Of a DNA stretch of 64,000 bases, positions 35,597 through 45,339 are shown in pieces (the first letter of the stretch is position 1; each line of letters starts with the position of its first letter). Below the pieces are notes generated by a model. That model did no database searches and was not told where the DNA came from. It was given only the letters and a program-made list of their open reading frames with translations. Origin of the DNA: an uncultured Gemmatimonadales bacterium (lineage in GTDB: Bacteria; Gemmatimonadota; Gemmatimonadetes; Gemmatimonadales; GWC2-71-9); the NCBI GenBank assembly GCA_963779755.1, contig CAVZZO010000003.1, positions 704,939 through 768,938 of the forward strand, given 5' to 3'. The translations under genes were made by a program, and so were the position numbers.

Positions 35597-36155
35597 GTGG
35601 GACGGACAGGCGGCAGGACGGCAGGACGGCAAGGCGGCAAGGACGGCAGGACGGCAGGACGGCAGGACGGCAAGGCGGCAGGACGGCAAGAGCGAGCCCG
35701 AAGCCGATGCCTCCCGGAGCGCATGTCAGGAGCGCCCGCCGGTGGATGGTGGATCTGATCGCCGCGAAGCGATCCGTCGGCGCGCGAAGGGAGGCTCGGC
35801 GAGGGCGAGCGAGAGCGAACGGGCTGAGACGTGAGTGGGACGGCAAGGCGGCAAGACGGCAAGAGCGAGCCCGAAGCCGATGCCTCCCGGAGCGCGCGTC
35901 AGGAGCGCCCACCGGTGGATGGGGATCTGATCGCCGCGAAGCGATCCGTCGGCGCGCGGAGAGAGGCTCGGCGAGGGCGAGCGAGAGCGAACGGGCTGAG
36001 GCGTGAGTGGGACGGCAGGACGGCAAGACGGCAAGAGCGAGCCCGAAGCCGATGCCTCCCGGAGCGCGCGTCAGGAGCGCCCACCGGTGGATGGGGATCT
36101 GATCGCCGCGAAGCGATCCCTCGGCGCGCGGAGGGAGGCTCGGCGAGGGCGAGCG
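35586..36155 (+). repeat. Three tandem copies of a structured element. Each copy is a GACGGCA(A/G) octamer tract followed by a ~115-bp core with imperfect inverted termini.
   Basis: Copy boundaries at GTGAGGCGTGAGTGGGACGG (35586), CTGAGACGTGAGTGGGACGG (35824) and CTGAGGCGTGAGTGGGACGG (35996). The cores are near-identical. The octamer tract has ~11 units in copy 1 and 3 units in copies 2 and 3. Confidence 0.9.
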
Positions 36156-36209
36156 GTAGAAGGAAAGGACTGAGAGAAATGACTGGGAGAAAGGACCGAG
36201 CGGACGCGC

Positions 36210-36590
36210 TTAATCCGGGCCGTACCCGATCGCCATGGCAATGGCAATGGCAAACATCGCGATGAACGGGGTGAGCCCGAGGAAGATCCCGCCTGCCTCG
36301 CGGTTGGAGGGAGTGAGGGAATCCACCTGGGATAGCGGGAACTCGACCCGACAAGTGTCGCATGCCGAAGGTTGCCAGTACGGCACGCCGCTCACGGTAT
36401 CGGCGCTGATCCGCAGGGCATGAAGGGTCATGTGCCCGTTGCGAGACCAGACCTCCACCTGGTCATGATCGGGCAGGGTATCCGGTGCCAACGGAACCGG
36501 CTGAGCCCGGCCCGCGCACCCGGATGCCAGCGCCCAGCCCAGAATGGCAAGACCCCGCCTAATAGAGCGTGATACCCAGCGACAGTACAT
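36210..36590 (-). CDS. Lipoprotein with a C-terminal hydrophobic segment
   Basis: Lipobox LASGC after MYCRWVSRSIRRGLAILGWA. C-terminal GGIFLGLTPFIAMFAIAIAMAIGYG. It overlaps the upstream beta-barrel gene by 32 nt. Confidence 0.6.
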   Translation of the reverse strand: MYCRWVSRSIRRGLAILGWALASGCAGRAQPVPLAPDTLPDHDQVEVWSRNGHMTLHALRISADTVSGVPYWQPSACDTCRVEFPLSQVDSLTPSNREAGGIFLGLTPFIAMFAIAIAMAIGYGPD

Positions 36591-37122
36591 AGGATGTTTC
36601 CTCCACCCCCCTTCCCGTCAGCAGGTGATGGAATCCAATCTCACCCACACGGCTGTGGCGGACGGTGAATGTCGGCGTAACTCCCACGCTGGAACTCAGC
36701 CGCAATCCATAGCCCGCGCCCGCTAACACCGCCCATCCATCGCCCTCCTCATTCGGCCCGTCGGGAGTCTGGCTGTCGTAGCGTGAACCGCCGACGCCGG
36801 CCTTCAGGAAGAATCCTTCCCGGCCGAACGGGGCATAGACGGCAACAGCTGTCAGGCTCGCAAACTGGTCGCCCACCGTTTCGCGGGTATCCGTATCCAC
36901 CTCCATCCCGACGCGCCAGGAAGGGGACAGCACCAGGCCCGCGGCCAGCAGATAGCCCGCAGCGGGACCACCGCCCGCCCGGGAGCAATGGTCGCAGCGA
37001 AGGTGGAGGCCGCCATAGCCGAAGCCGGCGCCGAACCAGGCGTGGCCGGGCTGATTCTTCTGCGCGGCGATGGGGGAGGATGTCGCCACCGCGAGGACCG
37101 GGAGGACGAAAAATGCGCGCAT
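36559..37122 (-). CDS. Small outer-membrane beta-barrel protein (predicted)
   Basis: Signal peptide MRAFFVLPVLAVATSSPIAAQ. Alternating Gly/aromatic strands ending …SYVLSLGITLY. Confidence 0.65.
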   Translation of the reverse strand: MRAFFVLPVLAVATSSPIAAQKNQPGHAWFGAGFGYGGLHLRCDHCSRAGGGPAAGYLLAAGLVLSPSWRVGMEVDTDTRETVGDQFASLTAVAVYAPFGREGFFLKAGVGGSRYDSQTPDGPNEEGDGWAVLAGAGYGLRLSSSVGVTPTFTVRHSRVGEIGFHHLLTGRGVEETSYVLSLGITLY

Positions 37123-37204
37123 CCGCGAACCGATCCGTTCGAAGACGCACCCATACTCGCAGGCCGGCGTGACCCGCACGTGACCTCAGTTCTCGTCCCG
37201 GTGT

Positions 37205-37317
37205 CGCTCGCCCTCGCCGAGCCTCCCTCTGCGCGCTGACGTGCGCCACTGGGAGAGCTCCCATCATCTTCCGATGGCACATACGCGCGCTGCGGGAGGC
37301 ATCGGCTTCGGGCTCGC
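37205..37317 (-). repeat. Inverted fourth copy of the ~115-bp core (conserved termini, different centre)
   Basis: Its reverse complement shares GCGAGCCCGAAGCCGATGCCTCCCG(G/C)AGCGCGCGT and GCGCGC(G/A)GAGGGAGGCTCGGCGAGGGCGAGCG with the tandem copies. The central ~46 nt differ but are also hairpin-rich (CCATC/GATGG, GGGAG/CTCCC). Confidence 0.85.
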
Positions 37318-37327
37318 GTCAGCTTCG

Positions 37328-37355
37328 CCTCAGTCCTCAGTCCTCAGTCCTCAGT
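37328..37355. repeat. (CCTCAGT)x4 heptanucleotide tandem repeat
   Basis: Four exact units. It overlaps the last codons and the stop of the dehydratase gene and abuts the inverted core copy. Confidence 0.95.
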
Positions 37356-38312
37356 CTCCTTCTCCAAGGATGCCCGCATACACGCCCCGGTCAATATTCC
37401 CCCCGCTCAGCACCACCCCCACCCGGCGGTCCCTCATATCCTCCTTCTCCTTCACCAGCGCGGCCAGCGCGGCGGCGCCCGCCCCTTCGGCCGCATTGTG
37501 CGTGGCGGCGAAGTAGAGCCGGACGGCAGCCCGCATCCGTTCCTCCGAAACCGTTACCACGCGGTCCAGCCCGTGGAACATCACCGCCAACGCCTGAGGG
37601 TCAGGCACGCGGCAGGCCAGCCCGTCGGCGAAGGTATCGGCCGTGCTGGTGGTGAGCAGCTCCCGGTTGCGAAAGGAAAGGGCGTAGGCCGGCGCATTCG
37701 CGGCTACCACCCCGACGATTCTGGTGGAAAGGCCGAGCGCGTTCCTGGCCCCGATCACGCCGCAGGCCCCCGAGCCCATTCCGATGGGGACATACACCGT
37801 GTCCAGGTCACTCACCGCACGGAGCAGTTCGAGCGCATAGGTGGCGACGCCGCGCACCAGGAGGGGATGAAAGGAAGGAATCCGGTGCAGACCACGCTCC
37901 TCCGCCAGTTTCGGCCGGCGAACTCCGCCGCCGCCTGGAAGTCGTGCCCTTCCTCGATCAGCTCGGCCCCCAACGCCCGCATGGACGCGTTCTTCTCCCG
38001 GCTGTTGCCGTGCGGCACCACGATCACGGCCGGCAGCCGAGTGCCGCCTGCGGCGAAGGCGACACTCTGCCCGTGGTTGCCGCGGGTGGCGGTGAGTACG
38101 CCCGATGGCCGCTGCTTTCCCGCAGCCAGGGCCTCCAGGTACACCAGCCCGCCCCGCACCTTGAAGGCGCCGACGGGGGTGTGATTCTCGTGCTTGACCC
38201 ACACCTCGCATCCGCAGGCTTCCGCCAGGAGGGGCCAGGCGATCTGCGGCGTGGGAGCCATGGCGCCGTAGACGAGTTCCGCGGCGGCTTCGAGTTCGGG
38301 GAGCGAGAGCAT
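37351..38312 (-). pseudogene. PLP-dependent threonine/serine dehydratase split by a -1/+2 frame change near 37909-37925
   Basis: The N-terminal frame (38312 down) reads …HENHTPVGAFKVRGG…GAELIEEGHDFQAAAEFAGR. The C-terminal frame reads KLAEERGLHRIPSFHPLLVRGVATYALELL…GMGSGACG… through to the stop at 37351. The two frames join in GCCGGCCGAAAC. Confidence 0.8.
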
Positions 38313-38320
38313 ATTGAAAG

Positions 38321-38375
38321 GTAAGAGGTAAGGCGTGTGACGTGGTTTCGCCGCCGTTCGCGCCTTACCTCTTAC
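38321..38375. repeat. Perfect 15-bp inverted repeat (GGTAAGA/GGTAAGG units) in a divergent spacer
   Basis: GTAAGAGGTAAGGCG (38321-38335) with CGCCTTACCTCTTAC (38361-38375), 25-nt loop. Confidence 0.9.
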
Positions 38376-38496
38376 GCCTCACCTCTGGAGTTCCCCTCTG
38401 CCGCTCGCGAATTCGCTCGCCGTTCCGCGTATTCCCGGTGCCGGCCGGAATCCGCCCCCCTCCTAGCTTGGCCTCCCCTCATCACTGGGAGGCCCC

Positions 38497-39741
38497 ATGC
38501 CTCGCTGGAAATCACTCATCCTGCTCGCCGCCGCGAGCGTCCTCGCCGCCTGTGCTGGCCGAGACGCCCCCACAGGCGCCTCCGGGGAACGCGGCCTCAA
38601 CGCCGCGGCGCCCGCCTCCGCCGCCGATGCGGCCCGGGAGCGACTGACCCGCCGGTTCGCCCTGGCTCTGGCGGACCCGGTATTCCGGCGTTACTTGAAA
38701 GACAGCCTGGACCGGTCGGGATACCGTGAGCACAAGCTCTACCTGCAGCGGCTGCTTCTGAGAGACGGCAATCACGTGCGGCGTGCGCTGGCGCGGGCAG
38801 CCGGCGATGCCGACAGCGCGGTGGAGGCCGACGCCACCCTGGCGGGTCCGCTGGAAGTGTACCTCCCGGTGCCGGAACAGCGGCGTGCATGGCAGGGAGA
38901 CGCCAACCTGCTGGTCGCGACCGCCCTGCGGGATCACGACGCGCCGGTGGCGTTCGACCTCGCGGGCCGCCGGCGGCGGCTCAGTGCCGACGCGCCACCG
39001 GCCATCCCGGTCCTGGCGGTCGTGCCGGCAGAGACCAATTTCTCCCGGGCGCCGGCTCCCGCTACCTGCACTCCGGAAACCTGCGACAGCGGGGGCGGAG
39101 GCACCGGCGGGGGCGGGGGCGGCTCGGGCGGCGGCCCCAGTGGCGGGTCGCCCGCGCCCGGGCTGTACATGACGTATTCGCATTTCGTGCAAGACTTTGA
39201 AGGCTGGTTGAAGGGCAGCCCCGAATTTGAAATCCACATTCTGGGCCAGGCCGGGGCCAGCGACTCCCTGACCGATTACCAGTGCGCCGGAGAGCACGCC
39301 GGCGGCCCCTACACCTTCGACCAGAACAACCTGGACTGGAACGGGTCGGTGCTGCTGTTCAGCCAGGCGCAGCTGGACAGCTACAAGGCCCAGCACCCCA
39401 ACCAGAGCATCCGGGTCTTTGCCCTGGAGGACGACGACACGCCCTGCGTGATCAAGACCGGCCAGAAGGCGCTGGAGAATATCTTCGCGGTGGTGGATGG
39501 CATCTATAACCTGGCGACCGGCGGCAAGGACACTACCACCGGCATCACCAGGATCTACCACCAGGCCACCATCCTCCAGAAGCTGTGGGCGGCGGCGGCC
39601 GGCCTGATCAAGACCAACGACGACCTGATCGGCAACGCCGTGGAGGATGTGGTGGTGGGACAGTATTACCCGGGAGCCAACTGGATCGTGAAGGGCAGCA
39701 ACAACGTGACCAACGGCTGGCTGAAGCTCGTGATGTACTGA
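38497..39741 (+). CDS. Lipoprotein of unknown function with an internal poly-Gly linker
   Basis: Lipobox LAAC after MPRWKSLILLAAASV. Linker CDSGGGGTGGGGGGSGGGPSGGSPAPG. The C-terminal domain has conserved-looking Cys, Trp and Tyr residues. No motif recognised. Confidence 0.7.
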   Translation: MPRWKSLILLAAASVLAACAGRDAPTGASGERGLNAAAPASAADAARERLTRRFALALADPVFRRYLKDSLDRSGYREHKLYLQRLLLRDGNHVRRALARAAGDADSAVEADATLAGPLEVYLPVPEQRRAWQGDANLLVATALRDHDAPVAFDLAGRRRRLSADAPPAIPVLAVVPAETNFSRAPAPATCTPETCDSGGGGTGGGGGGSGGGPSGGSPAPGLYMTYSHFVQDFEGWLKGSPEFEIHILGQAGASDSLTDYQCAGEHAGGPYTFDQNNLDWNGSVLLFSQAQLDSYKAQHPNQSIRVFALEDDDTPCVIKTGQKALENIFAVVDGIYNLATGGKDTTTGITRIYHQATILQKLWAAAAGLIKTNDDLIGNAVEDVVVGQYYPGANWIVKGSNNVTNGWLKLVMY

Positions 39742-39774
39742 GCGGGGCCGTCCACCCTCAACATCGGAGGCATC

Positions 39775-40383
39775 GTGCAATCGAGGCTGCTGATCCTGCT
39801 GGCGCTGGCGCTCGCGACCCCTGCCGGCGTGTCATCCGCCCAGAGCCGGTGGGTGCTGACTCCCGAGATCGGACTGGCCAGCTTCTCGGGAGCATCAAAA
39901 GGGACGTCCGGCGGGATCGAGGTCGGGGGGCATCCCTCCGGGATGACAAGCGCCGGCGTACGCCTCGAGAAGGAAACCGGCGGCACCCACCTGGCCCTGG
40001 GCCTGCTCTTCGGGAAGCCGGGCTTCCAGGCGGGCACCACCGAAGGGCTGACCGTAACGCTGAACGACCAGTTCACCATGATCGAGCTGCGCCCGGAACT
40101 GACGCTGCCGCTAGCCCGGGTCGGGGGCGAAGGCACCCTGCGGGCGGCCGTAGGCCCCCTCGCGATGGTCTCGCGCATTACCCAGGGCCCCACGCACCTG
40201 CTCTTCGGTGGGCTGGCGGCCCTCTCGCTCGTCATTCCCTTGAGCCCCCGCGTAGCCACTGATGTGCGCTACGAGGTGGCGCTTACTCAATCACCGCTCC
40301 GCGCGGACGACCTGCCGCCCGAGCTGAGCAGCAAGCCCATGTGGCGGCGGCGCCTGGCGCTGGGGGTGCGGTTGGGGCTCTAA
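39775..40383 (+). CDS. Small outer-membrane beta-barrel protein (predicted)
   Basis: GTG start. Signal peptide MQSRLLILLALALATPAGVSSAQ. Ends …RRLALGVRLGL. Confidence 0.6.
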   Translation: MQSRLLILLALALATPAGVSSAQSRWVLTPEIGLASFSGASKGTSGGIEVGGHPSGMTSAGVRLEKETGGTHLALGLLFGKPGFQAGTTEGLTVTLNDQFTMIELRPELTLPLARVGGEGTLRAAVGPLAMVSRITQGPTHLLFGGLAALSLVIPLSPRVATDVRYEVALTQSPLRADDLPPELSSKPMWRRRLALGVRLGL

Positions 40384-40650
40384 GACAAGAGAAATGAGGA
40401 AAGAGGAAGGAGAAAAGAGAGAGGCCCTGAGCCCGCCGGTGCCGATCCCCTGAGCGAAGCGGACTGCTCAGCAGCACCGAGCGAACGTCGCAGCGGTGCC
40501 GACGGGCATGGGGAGCCCTGCCTGAACCGGAGACCTCCTGAAGAGGTCAAAGGTCGAAGGTCGAGGGTCGAAGCGAAACAGGGGACCGGGCTCCGCACCC
40601 GATCCCCCGAGTTCGATCCCCCTGAATCCTGACTCCTGAATCCTGACTCC
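40384..40650. repeat. Composite low-complexity and repeat region between convergent genes
   Basis: Purine tract at 40384-40423. GGTCAAAGGTCGAAGGTCGAGGGTCGAAG at 40545-40573 (same unit as 25893-25915). CCTGAATCCTGACTCCTGAATCCTGACTCC at 40621-40650. Confidence 0.75.
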
Positions 40651-40651
40651 T

Positions 40652-41176
40652 CTACGCTGCCACCGCGTGCCCGCAGACCTCACAGAACTTCACCCCCGGC
40701 TGGAGCGGCGAGCCGCATCCCAGGCAGGCGGCGCCGGTGGGCAGGCGGCCGCCGCAGGAGGAGCAGAACACCGCGTTGGCTTCGGGCCGCGGCCCGCAGG
40801 CATGGCAGATCCGTCCGGCCTTGCCGCCGGCTCCGGTCCGCAGTGCCTGCACCTTGGCGGCCACGATGGCCTCGACGTCCGACCCCGCCGGGGCGTCCTG
40901 GCCGGCCTCCTCCGCCCGCAGGGCCTCGACCGCGCGAGACTGGTAGCGGGCGTAGAGCTCCTGGAAATCCGCATCGGTGAGCTTGCCCGTCTCCCGGTCG
41001 AACTCGATCTCCCGCAGGGCGGCGAGCGCCCGGTTCTTGGGACTGTCGTCGTCCAGATCGTCCAGCGCCGAGGGCGCATTCCAGGCCAGGGCGGGCCGGG
41101 CTCGCAGCAGCGGCTGGAAGATCAGGGCCAGCACCCCCAGCCCCACAATCACGGCCAGCAGAATCTCGAGCAACAT
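40652..41176 (-). CDS. CcmI-like N-terminal module fused to a C-terminal double zinc ribbon
   Basis: MLLEILLAVIVGLGVLALIFQPLLR…ALAALREIEFDRETGKLTDADFQELYARYQ… then CHACG…CSSCG…CLGCG…CEVCG. Its start shares one nucleotide with the ccmH stop. Confidence 0.65.
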   Translation of the reverse strand: MLLEILLAVIVGLGVLALIFQPLLRARPALAWNAPSALDDLDDDSPKNRALAALREIEFDRETGKLTDADFQELYARYQSRAVEALRAEEAGQDAPAGSDVEAIVAAKVQALRTGAGGKAGRICHACGPRPEANAVFCSSCGGRLPTGAACLGCGSPLQPGVKFCEVCGHAVAA

Positions 41177-41798
41177 CAGTCGTCGAGCTCCCGCAGCGCC
41201 TCCTTCAGGCGCCGCATCTCGTCGTCGGTCGGTTGCGCCGGGGCGGGGGATTCCGGCACGTCCGGTGATACCGCCCAGCCCGACCCCCCGGCCGCTTCGG
41301 CCGTCCGCAGCCGGCGCCGGTTGAGCCAGACGGTAAGGAAGACCCCGAAGGCGAGGATGACCGCGCCCGGGACCAGGTAGCCGGCCAGGTTGAACCCCTC
41401 GGCCGGGGGAGCCATGAGGGCCTGCTCCCCGTACTGCTTGACGAACTCCTGCACGATCTGCGCTTCGTTCATCCCCGAGTTGCTCAAGGCGAGGATCTCC
41501 TGGTGCAGCCGGGGCGAGGTGGTGCAGCTGAAATCGGTGGTGCGGCAGGTAAAGATGTCGAGATTGCAGCCGCACTGGCACTTCAGCTTGTGCTCCAGGA
41601 GCTTGATATCTTCGCGGTTGTCTTCCGCCGTGGCGGGGGCGCGGGGACGCCCCGCCGCCTGCGGGTCGAACAGGGTCCCGTTGGCGCCCCGGCCGGCCAG
41701 CGAGTCGGGGACGCCCTGCGCCGCGGCCCGACCGGGCCCCGCGACCAGCAGGGCCAGGCCCAGCGCGGCGGCGGCCAGCTGGATGCGTCCGGCGTGGG

Positions 41799-41802
<4 letters not shown>
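41176..41802 (-). CDS. ccmH: CcmH/NrfF-like cytochrome c maturation protein with an atypical Cys cluster
   Basis: Signal peptide. …LEHKLKCQCGCNLDIFTCRTTDFSC…MNEAQIVQEFVKQYGEQALMAPP… followed by a TM helix. ATGA overlap with ccmF. Confidence 0.72.
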
Positions 41803-43832
<2,030 letters not shown>

Positions 43833-43834
43833 CG

Positions 43835-44254
43835 CTAGGCTTTCTTGCTGTCGTACTTGGCCGTATAGCGGGAGCCGCACTTGGCCAGAAGGGTCGTCGC
43901 GTGGAAGATCCCGTCGGTGCCCAGCCGGCCTTCCACCACCACCTCGATGTCCTGCGTGTCGGTGAAGGTATCCGGCGCCAGGCCGTGGTAGGTCACGGGA
44001 TATATCTGCTTGCCGTCGGTGACCTGGAAATCGATGGTCTGGCTCGCGGCGTCGCGCCGGATGGAACCCGGCACCACCTTGGCCCCCATCTTCACCCCCA
44101 CGTTATGGAACGTAGGGTCGGTCGAGATCTTCTGCGCCAGCTCCGTCGGGGTATAGAAGTAAGTCCCCGTCTGCTTGACTCCCTCGAACATGAGGTAGCC
44201 CACGCTGGCGACGATGATCGTGGCTCCGAGCAGAAACTTGGTTCCAGCCTTCAT
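43835..44254 (-). CDS. ccmE: Heme chaperone CcmE, CxxxY variant
   Basis: MKAGTKFLLGATIIVASVGYLMFEG… OB-fold region, and a C-terminal LLAKCGSRY where canonical CcmE has LAKHDENY. Confidence 0.88.
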   Translation of the reverse strand: MKAGTKFLLGATIIVASVGYLMFEGVKQTGTYFYTPTELAQKISTDPTFHNVGVKMGAKVVPGSIRRDAASQTIDFQVTDGKQIYPVTYHGLAPDTFTDTQDIEVVVEGRLGTDGIFHATTLLAKCGSRYTAKYDSKKA

Positions 44255-44375
44255 GATGCACTCCCCACGGTTGCCGGATCCTCCAGCCGCCGGGCTTGCC
44301 GGCGACAATCAAGATATCCGCGGTCCCCTTTGCCGACCTGAAGAAAGTCTGAAGACTTCTTGAATCTCCCGGCCC

Positions 44376-45161
44376 TCAGCTCGCCTTGGTGGCCTGGAGG
44401 GCCTGCTGACGGAACTCCTCGACCGACCGCTCGTGCTCGGCGTACTCCTGCCGGCCCGCCTTCATTTCGCTGTCATAATGGGCCAGGAAGTCCTTGTAGG
44501 CCTGCTGCAGGTTCTGGTCGTTCTTCTCCCACCGCGCCACCGTCCCCCGGATCATGTAGCCGAACAGATGCCCCGGTTGCTGGGCCAGAATGGTATCGGC
44601 CAGCGCCGTCGGGCCCGCCATGTCTCCCGTATGCGCCTTGAGCAGCGCCAAATGATAGCGGGCGTCGGCATCCACGGTATCGAGCATGCTGTAGGCCGTA
44701 ATGGCCATCGGCGTGAAGGTCGTCACCGTGTTCTGGTCTCCCGACTCCGCCGCCTGCATGACCCGATTATACAGTCGGTCAAAACGCTCCCGGGGGGACA
44801 TGCTGCTGATGTCTGGCGCCGCGCCGGAGGCGGCGTTGGCGAAGGGCGCCGAGGCCACCGGACCAGCCCCCGCCTGGTCGGCGGCCGTGGCCGGCCTGCG
44901 CGTCATCAGAGCTACCAGCGCAATCACCAGGCCAACCCCCGCCACCCCGGCAACGATCCAGGGGAGCCGGTCGCGCCCCGAGCGGCCGCCCCCCGCCGGA
45001 AGGGAGAAACCGCAGCTGGCACAGAACTTTGCAGCGGAACGAACCGAAGCACCGCATTTCGGGCACGAAGCCTGGCCCAGACCGGCGCCGCAGGAGCTGC
45101 AGAACTTGCCACTCGCTGGCGCCCCACAGGAGGGACAGGTGGCCGCGTTCGGGGTACTCAT
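44376..45161 (-). CDS. Membrane protein with an N-terminal double or triple zinc ribbon and a periplasmic helical domain
   Basis: CPSCG…CSSCG…CPKCG…CASCG, TM WIVAGVAGVGLVIALVALM, then a helical TPR-like C-terminal domain. Confidence 0.7.
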   Translation of the reverse strand: MSTPNAATCPSCGAPASGKFCSSCGAGLGQASCPKCGASVRSAAKFCASCGFSLPAGGGRSGRDRLPWIVAGVAGVGLVIALVALMTRRPATAADQAGAGPVASAPFANAASGAAPDISSMSPRERFDRLYNRVMQAAESGDQNTVTTFTPMAITAYSMLDTVDADARYHLALLKAHTGDMAGPTALADTILAQQPGHLFGYMIRGTVARWEKNDQNLQQAYKDFLAHYDSEMKAGRQEYAEHERSVEEFRQQALQATKAS

Positions 45162-45267
45162 GGGACGAAAGTGCCTCTTGGGATATAAGGAGGCGCGGAA
45201 CCCTTTTCCGCACGTGGGGAGGATATAGCCACTGCCGCGCTTTTGGGAGGGGGATGCAGAACTTCAC

Positions 45268-45321
45268 CGCAGAGGCGCAGAGGCGCAGAGGCGCGGAGAA
45301 ACGGCCTCTGCGCCTCTGTGG
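45268..45321 (-). terminator. (GCAGAGGC)x3 hairpin 3' of hypE
   Basis: Units at 45269-45292. Perfect 15-bp stem CAGAGGCGCAGAGGC (45278-45292) with GCCTCTGCGCCTCTG (45304-45318). Confidence 0.6.
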
Positions 45322-45339
45322 TAATATCTCACTACTCTC

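Noticed and set aside
35586-36155. Possible CRISPR array, given the tandem repeats in an accessory-looking region.
   Set aside because: The units are ~172-238 bp and near-identical throughout. There is no alternation of short repeats with unique spacers, and no cas genes are present in the window.
35593-36363. ORFs reading through the tandem repeats (for example 35593-36006 and 35831-36265 on the plus strand, 35899-36363 on the minus strand).
   Set aside because: Their translations are repetitive Arg/Gly/Ala strings produced by the octamer tract and core repeats in several frames and on both strands. There is no RBS or start context.
35996-37355. Calling the repeat-bracketed two-gene cassette a mobile element.
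   Set aside because: No transposase, integrase, recombinase or target-site duplication could be identified. It is reported only as a structural observation.
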